Shown in pieces: positions 1-8,298 of a stretch of DNA of 37,822 nucleotides. The notes beneath the pieces were generated by a model that had not been told where the DNA came from, ran no database searches, and saw only the letters and a program-made list of their open reading frames with translations. The stretch covers positions 1-37,822 of IMG/VR virus record IMGVR_UViG_3300035527_000247, one strand, 5' to 3'. The number at the start of each line of letters is the position of its first letter. Position 1 is the first letter of the stretch. The DNA comes from a virus. Lineage: Duplodnaviria; Caudoviricetes. A program made the position numbers and the translations under genes.

Positions 1-102
1 TGCCGCTTACCTATTACTATTTCCTATTATAGTGAATTTTTATCCTATAACAAGTAAAATAGTTCGCCCGAAAATTTATATCACATCTCCATGCCAAACA
101 AC

Positions 103-136
103 AAAGGCAGAGCCTCAACAAAAAAGCCCTGCCTTT
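103..136. repeat. Inverted repeat / stem-loop
   Basis: AAAGGCAG (103-110) is the reverse complement of CTGCCTTT (129-136). Confidence 0.55.
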
Positions 137-151
137 AAAAGAATTGGGGTC

Positions 152-177
152 TGAGACGAGACCTTAGTCGAGTCTCA
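152..177. repeat. Imperfect palindrome, candidate recombination (att-like) site
   Basis: TGAGACGAGAC-CTTA-GTCGAGTCTCA: 11-bp arms with 2 mismatches around a 4-bp centre. The att role is inferred. Confidence 0.35.
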
Positions 178-201
178 CAAACTCCTGTAATTAAACTACT
201 T

Positions 202-588
202 ATGAATTTTCATCGCAGGCGCACAGTCCAACTTGAGGTCAAACTTGACCAGCCATTCCCCGAACCTCCGCCAAAAACGCCTCCAATAAATATACTCCAG
301 CAGGCCCTGACGGTCAAATCTTATATGACCGACCATCCGGATGAAACCTGCCTCTCAGCATCTGCAAAGATCAACGTCCATCGCAAACGCATCACCAAAC
401 TCATGACAATCCTCAATAACCTCCCCAAAGAATTCATCGAAAAATACAAAGAATGCGATGATCCAAAAATCCTCTACCGCATGTCCGTCAAACCGCTCTA
501 TCAAATCGCCTCAAATCCCTGCCCAAACCGGATTGCCCAAGAGCTAGAGAAATTTGAACAATCCCAACTTAGCATAGTTACTGATTAA
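202..588 (+). CDS. Small HTH-like protein resembling ParB/KorB-type HTH modules found with serine recombinases
   Basis: Segment SASAKINVHRKRITKLMTILNNLPKEFIE fits an HTH-like pattern. It is the only credible + strand gene; its frame is open back to position 139. Confidence 0.5.
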   Translation: MNFHRRRTVQLEVKLDQPFPEPPPKTPPINILQQALTVKSYMTDHPDETCLSASAKINVHRKRITKLMTILNNLPKEFIEKYKECDDPKILYRMSVKPLYQIASNPCPNRIAQELEKFEQSQLSIVTD

Positions 589-598
589 TATGCCCTTG

Positions 599-2197
599 CT
601 ATTTCTTTATCCCATAAATCTCTTCTATCATCTCCCAATCAACTTCGTTGGCAGATCCTAAAGGATTCAGCTTCTCCCCATAGGGTGAAATAATCCAAAG
701 CCAGTCATAACTTCCAGCACCTCCAAGCGCAAAGTATTCATGCATTTCAACAATAAGGCCTCCACTATGTTCACCTTTTGTAATGAGCCAAACATTAAGC
801 GCTGGAGATATGTATCGATAAATATTATGCTCTAAATTATGCTCATACAAAGCACAAGACGTTTCCCACGCTGGAATTAAAACATATTCACGCTTGCCAT
901 CAGGCGTCTGCTTTGGCTCACCGCAAAGCTTATCAGGTTTCTCATGAAAATAATCTGAAGCATTGGGCAATGCTTCTGGATATTCTGTCGATGTCTTAGT
1001 AAAACCATCAGTCGTAATTGCATAAATATCTTGATAGCTATATACAGCCCCGGCAGAAACATGAATCGCGATAGTCTTTTTCTGCCTATCAACCGTTGTC
1101 GAGTAATCAAGAAGCCTATACGGCTCTTTATTCGTTATTTGCAAATAATCATCTTCTAATACCCATATATCCTGGCTGTCAGCCAGATCATAAGCCTTGT
1201 AAGAATGCCCACCTCTTTGAGCGTTATACATCTCAACCAAAATGAAATCATCCCTGCCATCAAAATTAATGTCATAGAAAAAGAATGGTTCTTCATCTGT
1301 CCCGAAATTATATTCTTCTTCAGCGATCTTCGGGTCTGCATATTGCAAACCAATATCTTTCTTCAAAATATTAACAACATGCCCGCCTTCCTCCTCAGCC
1401 TGAACCTTATCAATAGAACCCTCTAATCGATCCGCTTTAATACCAAAATGATTATTAACAACCGTCGAGCTTGTCCCATGCTCAAGATTAGTAAGCTCGA
1501 TTATTGCTGGCCCCAAAACATGCTGATTGCGGAATTCTTTAGGCATCCATAACACCCTGACAGAAAGACCATGAACTGGTTTATTATATTTTAGTTCAAC
1601 AACTTCTTGCTCAACATCAGTCTCATTATCACTAAAATCAAACGTCTTAGGCTCTCTATCCCCTGACCCCGAAACAAAAACCATATTATCCAGCAAACGG
1701 ATATCTCCATCAAAGCGATCTCCCAGACCAACAGATCTGACAACTGAGAGCAAATTCTGTGTATACTTTCCCTCAGACCAAGAACTTTCCGCTGTTGATT
1801 CTTTTAAAACTAAAAGATCCATAAATATTCCAGACCCGCCTCCGCTATCCGCTGTTTGCAGTACATGCATTCCATTCTCAAGTTGCCCCAACCATTTATA
1901 TTGAAAGTATCCACCCTCATCCCTATCAGCCCGCACCCATCCGTTATCAACTTTGACATCATCCTTAGAATATTGATTCGTATCAAAAGCTGACTTAACA
2001 TCAACAGAAGTAACTATCGGAGGACGATAATCTGACATCCAATTAAAAAACTCAGCAATCAATAAAGGGTGAATGGGTTTGCCATCATAAGAAAAACTGG
2101 CTTTAGGTTCATTCAAGCCTGCTTCTGCCATTGCCGGAGCAAGAAGAATAAAAAAAGACAAAATTAAAAACGATATTTTTTTCATAAAAATCCTCAT
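599..2197 (-). CDS. Exported multidomain hypothetical protein
   Basis: 532 aa with an N-terminal signal peptide (MKKISFLILSFFILLAPAMAEA), a DINFDGRDDF motif and acidic composition. ATGA overlap with the upstream nuclease gene; alternative start at 2185. Confidence 0.75.
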   Translation of the reverse strand: MRIFMKKISFLILSFFILLAPAMAEAGLNEPKASFSYDGKPIHPLLIAEFFNWMSDYRPPIVTSVDVKSAFDTNQYSKDDVKVDNGWVRADRDEGGYFQYKWLGQLENGMHVLQTADSGGGSGIFMDLLVLKESTAESSWSEGKYTQNLLSVVRSVGLGDRFDGDIRLLDNMVFVSGSGDREPKTFDFSDNETDVEQEVVELKYNKPVHGLSVRVLWMPKEFRNQHVLGPAIIELTNLEHGTSSTVVNNHFGIKADRLEGSIDKVQAEEEGGHVVNILKKDIGLQYADPKIAEEEYNFGTDEEPFFFYDINFDGRDDFILVEMYNAQRGGHSYKAYDLADSQDIWVLEDDYLQITNKEPYRLLDYSTTVDRQKKTIAIHVSAGAVYSYQDIYAITTDGFTKTSTEYPEALPNASDYFHEKPDKLCGEPKQTPDGKREYVLIPAWETSCALYEHNLEHNIYRYISPALNVWLITKGEHSGGLIVEMHEYFALGGAGSYDWLWIISPYGEKLNPLGSANEVDWEMIEEIYGIKK

Positions 2198-3003
2198 TTG
2201 ATATATTTAGCCATTTCCTCGAACTTCTCGAGCAACTTATTTGCCAAATCTGTTTTTTTGATCAAAAACGGAGCCCAGCGCCCTTGCGAATCCGGTGATA
2301 AGTGATTTTGGATCCGCAAGCTCTCGCCACGCTTGCTTTTAACCACCGTTCCCTTCTCGACCTCAAGACTCGGCACCAACAAAACGTTCTCATCGATCTC
2401 CATCTTCTGCGCATTGAAATACGCCCCGACAACAAAATATGAATGATGCGGAGTGAAAGTCTTCTTATTGATATCCATCAAAAAATACCCACGCTTCTCA
2501 ACATTAAACCGTCCCTTGATCTGCAAAAAGATCGGCTGATACATTCCAGCCTTTGTGACAACCAAATCAACGCCCTGAGTATCTGTAACCGGCCGATAAA
2601 CACTCAACAATCCCTGCCCCTGAAGAACAATTAACTCCTTGATTCGCTCTTCGACAATATCACCCTTAGCTTGAGATGACAGCCCTGATATATCCACAAG
2701 CGTCTCAGCCTCCTCAAGTGGGGAATCCTTAACTTTCGCCTTAAAGGAAAGACTGTATTTTGATCCGCTTTTCTCGAAAACTACCTCATCGCCGACCTTT
2801 GTTTTATGCGCCTTATACCAGCGAACAAGACCAAAGACGCGCTTATGCTTAGCGTTATAAGTCAACTCATGATCTTTGCCATCTACCACAACCGGAATCT
2901 TTCCATCTTTATCCGGCATCATTTCAATGCCCTTTGCTGGAATATGCAAAAAGCCCAATTTAATTTCTACGTCAATAAGCTTTCGGATGAATTTCTTAAT
3001 CAT
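2194..3003 (-). CDS. PD-(D/E)XK restriction-endonuclease-like protein with a putative N-terminal B3/AbrB-like DNA-binding barrel
   Basis: C-terminal GDIVE...QGVDLVV...FLQIKG nuclease pattern. N-terminal LHIP...RVFGLVRWYK...VGDEVVF resembles split-barrel DNA-binding domains. Confidence 0.65.
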   Translation of the reverse strand: MIKKFIRKLIDVEIKLGFLHIPAKGIEMMPDKDGKIPVVVDGKDHELTYNAKHKRVFGLVRWYKAHKTKVGDEVVFEKSGSKYSLSFKAKVKDSPLEEAETLVDISGLSSQAKGDIVEERIKELIVLQGQGLLSVYRPVTDTQGVDLVVTKAGMYQPIFLQIKGRFNVEKRGYFLMDINKKTFTPHHSYFVVGAYFNAQKMEIDENVLLVPSLEVEKGTVVKSKRGESLRIQNHLSPDSQGRWAPFLIKKTDLANKLLEKFEEMAKYIK

Positions 3004-5165
3004 TATTTTAGATTCTCTTTCACAACGGTATATAAATCTCTTAATTCCCCATCCCCCATGTCTAAAATAGGCTCATACATGAAAGAGTTAACATGAATAT
3101 TTATAGGTGTAATTAAATTTACCCGCTTCAACAACTCTATATTCTTTTCTTCATTATTGTATTCATCCATATATTTTTTTAACATCTTATAATTTTGAGC
3201 AGATTCAATAGTCGTTAGATATGCTTTATCCGTTATCTTTGTTGCCATAAATTGCTCTGCTTTTAATCTGATCGCAATTGAAAGAACAATTTTATTCTCT
3301 AAATTCAGCCCTTCTTCTGCACTCAAACAGCTTTCAGCTGTATCAAAAATAAAATCAATCATATTTTGATCCACAACGCTAGGAAACGTAATATCTTGAA
3401 TATTCCTCTCAAATACTTCTTTAATATTTTCTACTTTTAATAAATCAGTTACTCCCGATTTATAATGCACAATACTTGTTAAAAGCTTGTAGTCATCATT
3501 ATCCATCCCTTTAGTATATTCGATAATATTGCGCACAAATGGGATTGAAGCAACTAACTTCCTGCGATCACTTAAATTTAGCTTCCAATCTTTAACAAAG
3601 GGGTTGTTCAAATATTTGATGGGCTCTAAAGCTACTCCCAAATCTTTTTTGAATGCAATCAAACTTTGATTATATGTGGAAACCCCTCTGCTTTGAATAG
3701 TTCTAAAAAAATCAAAATTATGAGATAAAATAATCATATAAAATTTGTTCTCGTCCGACATATACTTAAGATATTCGACAATTGCATACTTGTTTTTATA
3801 ATCAAATGAATCTGCAATATCATCAACAATGAATAAAGTTATTCCATCTTGTTTTTTTCGAACTTCCACTTCAAATATAATATTTAAAATATATAAAGCC
3901 CGCTTTTCTCCCGTACTCAATATTTTCAAAAGATCATTCTTATTCTCAAAACTTCGAGTCTCTGCCCCATCTTTAAAGATAAACTGAATGGTCTCGACAT
4001 CCTCCTTTAATATAACATCCTCTTTGTTCGCGATATTGACTGAAAATGGGAGATGAGAAAATCTGGTATTAAATATTCGGACTACTTCTTCCCAATCCGT
4101 TTTTTCCTGCTTAGCTTTTTCAAGAAGCCCTTCAATTACATTCTGTCCGTTCTTATATTTCTCTACCAAATCTACAAATAAAGATTTTTGATCAACAAAA
4201 TAAGCCATCCATATTATTTTTGCCAATCCACTTAGATCGTCTAGCTCCGGTAATATTTCTTTATTATCCAGCAAATAATCTCGAAACTCCTGAAGTTCTT
4301 TATTAGATAATTTTTTGCTTATCTCTTCAAATGTACCCCGCAATCCCTCATCACTAAATATTTTGTTTCTTTCTTCAGTAAGAATTGCCTGTAACTCTTC
4401 GTCAGATGAGTACTCTTTTTTCCCACTACCATCAAACAAATTGACCGAATGCCCGCCCTGAAAAAAGTTATTAGCTACAAGCTGTCTTTGTATGTTTTCT
4501 GCATGATGAAATTTAAAGTTTTTGTTTAAATAAGGAGATTTCTCAATTAACTCATCATACTTCTCAATATATTTCTTTATTGATTCTTTAAAATCTTTTG
4601 TTTTCAAGAAATTTAAAACTTTGTCGTTAAAAATTATGCTGTAATTAATTGAATGAAACGGGAGCGGATCACTGGACACAACACTTTTCTCAAGATCAAG
4701 AAGCGCATCAAAAAAACTTTTCCCAAAAATCTCTTCAAGAGTAGCTTCAATATTATTATTTCTTCCAGACAGCCCTGATAACTGCTTTAATTTCTTTAAT
4801 AACTCGGCTTTGCTTTTATCAATTTCCTTATGAATCGTGTCATACTCTTGTTTCAATTGCTTATTGGCAAGCAAAGTAGATATTTTTTCTGATTTATACT
4901 CTGCATTATATGATTCGATAACAAAAACATTATCTCCTCCCAAGTCATTCCCATCGGCTAATATTTCACGTACGGTTTTTCTTTCAGGGAAAGCCAAATC
5001 GACTGATTGCCGTCCTTTTGAATAGTCTTCAAATGTTTTCGCAAAAGAAGTCTTCATGATTCCATTAGCGGCATATATTGCGAACGTTCTGTTACTCAAA
5101 TCAAACTCATATTCAAGATTCTTAATCCCGTAACAATATTTAAATTTAATATTTATCTTTTTCAT
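3003..5165 (-). CDS. ABC/SMC-like ATPase, RloC/PrrC (AAA_13)-like, putative anti-phage protein
   Basis: Variant Walker A YAANGIMKTS, coiled-coil middle, ABC signature LSTGEKR, Walker B IVDDIADSFD, H-loop LSHNFDF. The gene is AT-rich. Confidence 0.75.
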   Translation of the reverse strand: MKKINIKFKYCYGIKNLEYEFDLSNRTFAIYAANGIMKTSFAKTFEDYSKGRQSVDLAFPERKTVREILADGNDLGGDNVFVIESYNAEYKSEKISTLLANKQLKQEYDTIHKEIDKSKAELLKKLKQLSGLSGRNNNIEATLEEIFGKSFFDALLDLEKSVVSSDPLPFHSINYSIIFNDKVLNFLKTKDFKESIKKYIEKYDELIEKSPYLNKNFKFHHAENIQRQLVANNFFQGGHSVNLFDGSGKKEYSSDEELQAILTEERNKIFSDEGLRGTFEEISKKLSNKELQEFRDYLLDNKEILPELDDLSGLAKIIWMAYFVDQKSLFVDLVEKYKNGQNVIEGLLEKAKQEKTDWEEVVRIFNTRFSHLPFSVNIANKEDVILKEDVETIQFIFKDGAETRSFENKNDLLKILSTGEKRALYILNIIFEVEVRKKQDGITLFIVDDIADSFDYKNKYAIVEYLKYMSDENKFYMIILSHNFDFFRTIQSRGVSTYNQSLIAFKKDLGVALEPIKYLNNPFVKDWKLNLSDRRKLVASIPFVRNIIEYTKGMDNDDYKLLTSIVHYKSGVTDLLKVENIKEVFERNIQDITFPSVVDQNMIDFIFDTAESCLSAEEGLNLENKIVLSIAIRLKAEQFMATKITDKAYLTTIESAQNYKMLKKYMDEYNNEEKNIELLKRVNLITPINIHVNSFMYEPILDMGDGELRDLYTVVKENLK

Positions 5166-5235
5166 AACTTATCAGCCCCTCTTCTATGGGTTTCTATATA
5201 ATCATTGGAAGGATTCCCACTGCTTCATATAAAAC

Positions 5236-5255
5236 TATGAATTAATTAATTCATA
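5236..5255. promoter_or_regulatory. Perfect 20-bp palindrome upstream of the ATPase gene (possible operator)
   Basis: TATGAATTAATTAATTCATA is its own reverse complement and lies in the res-ATPase intergenic region. Confidence 0.45.
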
Positions 5256-5287
5256 AAATATAAATCTACCCATCCAATCGATCATTC

Positions 5288-8200
5288 TTATCTCATCACC
5301 TTATCCCTGAGCGCTTGATAGGAATCAATCACGTCATATTTAATATCTGCATGACCAAGAGCTTCAAAATGCTTTCGGGCATAGCTAATCTTTTTCTGCT
5401 CAATTTCCTTTAACTGAAGACTCTCCATACTGCCCTTTGTTTCCGCGATGAAGTAAACATACTTATATTTATCCGCGTCAAAGACTATCGCCCAATCCGG
5501 AGAATAATTGCCAAGCGGTGTTGGTATTTGAAAACCATTCTGCCCTCTTGGTAATTTCGCATAAACCAGAACATCTTCAGCTTCCAAAGCCTTGGCGAAA
5601 TCCCTTTCCACCTTAGAATCCGTCTTCACATAATCATGAACATGCTTTCTGACTTCGAGAATATTGTCAGCAAGTGAGCCTTTAAAATTGTTGATGGTAA
5701 AAACACTGTCGTCATAAGACTGATCTGTCTTTGAATAAATGATATTGTTGATGAGCGTGGCCGCTTTCTCGCTATTAATCAAATTCACCACGCCTTGGAT
5801 AAAACTTTCCGGATTGACTTTGAAATTGTGAAATGTATCGACGCGCAAATTCTGCAATATCTTAACGACTGTTCGTCTTGTCAAATTCGTCTCTTTCGCG
5901 ATCTCAGCAACCAAATCATATTTCAATGAACCAAGTAATGATTCAGCCTTCTCCGTTATATTTTGTTGCTTCTTCATGCTCTCGCCTGACTTAAGGCTTG
6001 ATTCATCCATCTTGTCTTCTTGCTCACCGGAAGTGATATGCACCACGATTTTCTTAACAGTTAAATTATTATCAATCGCTTCAACGCTCTTCTTGATCAA
6101 TTCGTCGCTGTCAAAATATACCTCATACACCGTCTTGACCTTGATCTTCTTCCAGAGATCCTGAAACTCTTTCTTCGCAAAATTTTCATTCGGCTTTAAA
6201 ACAGCTTCATTGATACTGTTAGCGTTCTCATTTTCAGAGGCTTTAAAGTTAGCAGTTGTATAAATATTCTGCATCAACTGCGCAACTTGCGTTTCAAACC
6301 CCTTCAATTTTTCAGGCACTGTATATTTTTTATCCGCAATATCCTGAATAAAAACATCTGTGATCTGATAATTCTCATTCACATACCCCTTCATTTTCAG
6401 ATCAACAATTAAATCCATTGAAGCTAGATCATCAAAAATAAACTTATCGCCTTTTTCATTAGTTAAAACCAGATCTTTTAAAACCTCCACCGTCAATTTC
6501 ACCGGTCTTTCCGAAAGTGACTCTACGATCTCATTCTGCAGTTCTCGCGCGAAAGAGTCATAAGACTCACTAGCAACAACCGTCAATTTATTCACATCAA
6601 AGAACTCGCCTTCAAGCATCGAAACATCCATACGCTCGCCTTGCCCATTCACACAGATCCTCAATCCTCTGCCTATCTCCTGACGCTTACTGATCGTTGA
6701 CTGGCTGTGTTTAAGCGTGCATATCTGAAAGATATTCGGGTTATCCCATCCTTCCCTGAGTGCCGAGTGAGAAAAAATAAACCGCGTCGGTTCCTTCAGA
6801 TCCAAAAGCTTTTCTTTATTCTTCATGATCAGATCATACGCACTCTCATCATCGCTCCCGCCTTCTCCGCGCTTTTCTTTAGAATCAACAAGATTTCCTT
6901 TCTTATCTATCGAAAAATATCCTTTGTGAATATCCCCAACCTGATGTTTCGCAAGATACTCGTTATAATCATCTTCAAACAAATTAAGCTGGCTTATTGC
7001 CTGACTATATTCTTCTTCAAATACTTTGGCATAATCACCATTTTGATCCGGCTGAGAATAATCCCTGTATTTGACGACCTCATCAATAAAAAATAGCGAC
7101 AACACCTTAATCCCTTTAGAAAACATGATCCGTTCTTTTTCAATATGTGATTTGATCGTTTCTCGTATCTGAATGCGCCTAACATGCTCTTCATCCACAT
7201 GCCCTATTGTTTGCCCGACGGATAACTCAACCCCATTGGTAAATACAACCTTATTCGTTAATCCGTTGATTTCACTTACAACAAACCCTTCATATTGGGG
7301 CATTTCATTTGATAAATCGAACAACCTGTCATTTTCTTTAACCTGCCGAATCTTTTTCTGAATACCATTATTCTGCTTTACTTCCAACTCCAGATACGCA
7401 ACCGGATATTTATTTTTACTCACCTGAATACGATCGAGGAATAAATAACTATTAGTTCCGCTATTGCCCACGACCTCAATCCCTTTGACACTGATCTTTT
7501 TAACCAACTTTTGGTTATAAGCATCAATAGCATCAAGCCGATAAATCTTATTGAAGTCCTTTTTATGAGTGGCGGAATACCGCAACGTAAACAACTGATC
7601 AAACTCTCTTTGAGTAAATATCTTCTCTGCCTTTTCTCCGAAACGCTGAGGCTCATCAATGATCAAAATGGGTCTGGCGCGCTTGATAATATCAATAGGC
7701 CGCTCACTTTGAAGTGTATCCAATTTCTGATAAATCTTTCTGGATTCTTTGCTCGTTGTCGCAAAAGCCTGATAATTCATAATGATCACTTCAATATTCG
7801 ACGTGTCCGCGAAGCTCTTAATATTGATCAGATTCGATTTGTTCTGAGTGTTATAGATCGAGAAACGGATCTTCTTGCCGTATATTTCCTGAAAATGTTC
7901 CGCAGTTATTTCGAGCGATTTATGCACACCTTCCCGAATCGCAACGGACGGCACCATGATAATAAACTTGTTCCAGCCGTAATGCTTGTTCAGCTCATAC
8001 ATGGTTTTGGTATAAACATAGGTTTTGCCGGTTCCGGTTTCCATCTCAATGGTAAAATTCAATCCATCCAGACGGTCAATAACTTTTAAACCCTGCTCTT
8101 TCTGCAAAGCCTGAACATTTTTTAAAATATCGCTATCTGTAATTTCAATTTTCTTGTTAGAAAAGATCTCATGGGCCACAAAACCAGTACGCCCTGCCAC

Positions 8201-8296
8201 TTCCTTGCGTAAACCCTTGCTCTGACCAAGAAAACACTGCACCACCGCGGATGCGGCGTCTGTCTGATATTGTTGATGTTTAAATTGAAGTTTCAT
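5288..8296 (-). CDS. res: Type III restriction endonuclease Res subunit
   Basis: EMETGTGKTYVY, IIDEPQ, LRYSATH, LREGWDNPNIFQIC, QEIGRGLR, and C-terminal YSPDW...AETKG nuclease motif. Directly downstream of mod. Confidence 0.95.
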   Translation of the reverse strand: MKLQFKHQQYQTDAASAVVQCFLGQSKGLRKEVAGRTGFVAHEIFSNKKIEITDSDILKNVQALQKEQGLKVIDRLDGLNFTIEMETGTGKTYVYTKTMYELNKHYGWNKFIIMVPSVAIREGVHKSLEITAEHFQEIYGKKIRFSIYNTQNKSNLINIKSFADTSNIEVIIMNYQAFATTSKESRKIYQKLDTLQSERPIDIIKRARPILIIDEPQRFGEKAEKIFTQREFDQLFTLRYSATHKKDFNKIYRLDAIDAYNQKLVKKISVKGIEVVGNSGTNSYLFLDRIQVSKNKYPVAYLELEVKQNNGIQKKIRQVKENDRLFDLSNEMPQYEGFVVSEINGLTNKVVFTNGVELSVGQTIGHVDEEHVRRIQIRETIKSHIEKERIMFSKGIKVLSLFFIDEVVKYRDYSQPDQNGDYAKVFEEEYSQAISQLNLFEDDYNEYLAKHQVGDIHKGYFSIDKKGNLVDSKEKRGEGGSDDESAYDLIMKNKEKLLDLKEPTRFIFSHSALREGWDNPNIFQICTLKHSQSTISKRQEIGRGLRICVNGQGERMDVSMLEGEFFDVNKLTVVASESYDSFARELQNEIVESLSERPVKLTVEVLKDLVLTNEKGDKFIFDDLASMDLIVDLKMKGYVNENYQITDVFIQDIADKKYTVPEKLKGFETQVAQLMQNIYTTANFKASENENANSINEAVLKPNENFAKKEFQDLWKKIKVKTVYEVYFDSDELIKKSVEAIDNNLTVKKIVVHITSGEQEDKMDESSLKSGESMKKQQNITEKAESLLGSLKYDLVAEIAKETNLTRRTVVKILQNLRVDTFHNFKVNPESFIQGVVNLINSEKAATLINNIIYSKTDQSYDDSVFTINNFKGSLADNILEVRKHVHDYVKTDSKVERDFAKALEAEDVLVYAKLPRGQNGFQIPTPLGNYSPDWAIVFDADKYKYVYFIAETKGSMESLQLKEIEQKKISYARKHFEALGHADIKYDVIDSYQALRDKVMR

Positions 8297-8298
8297 TC

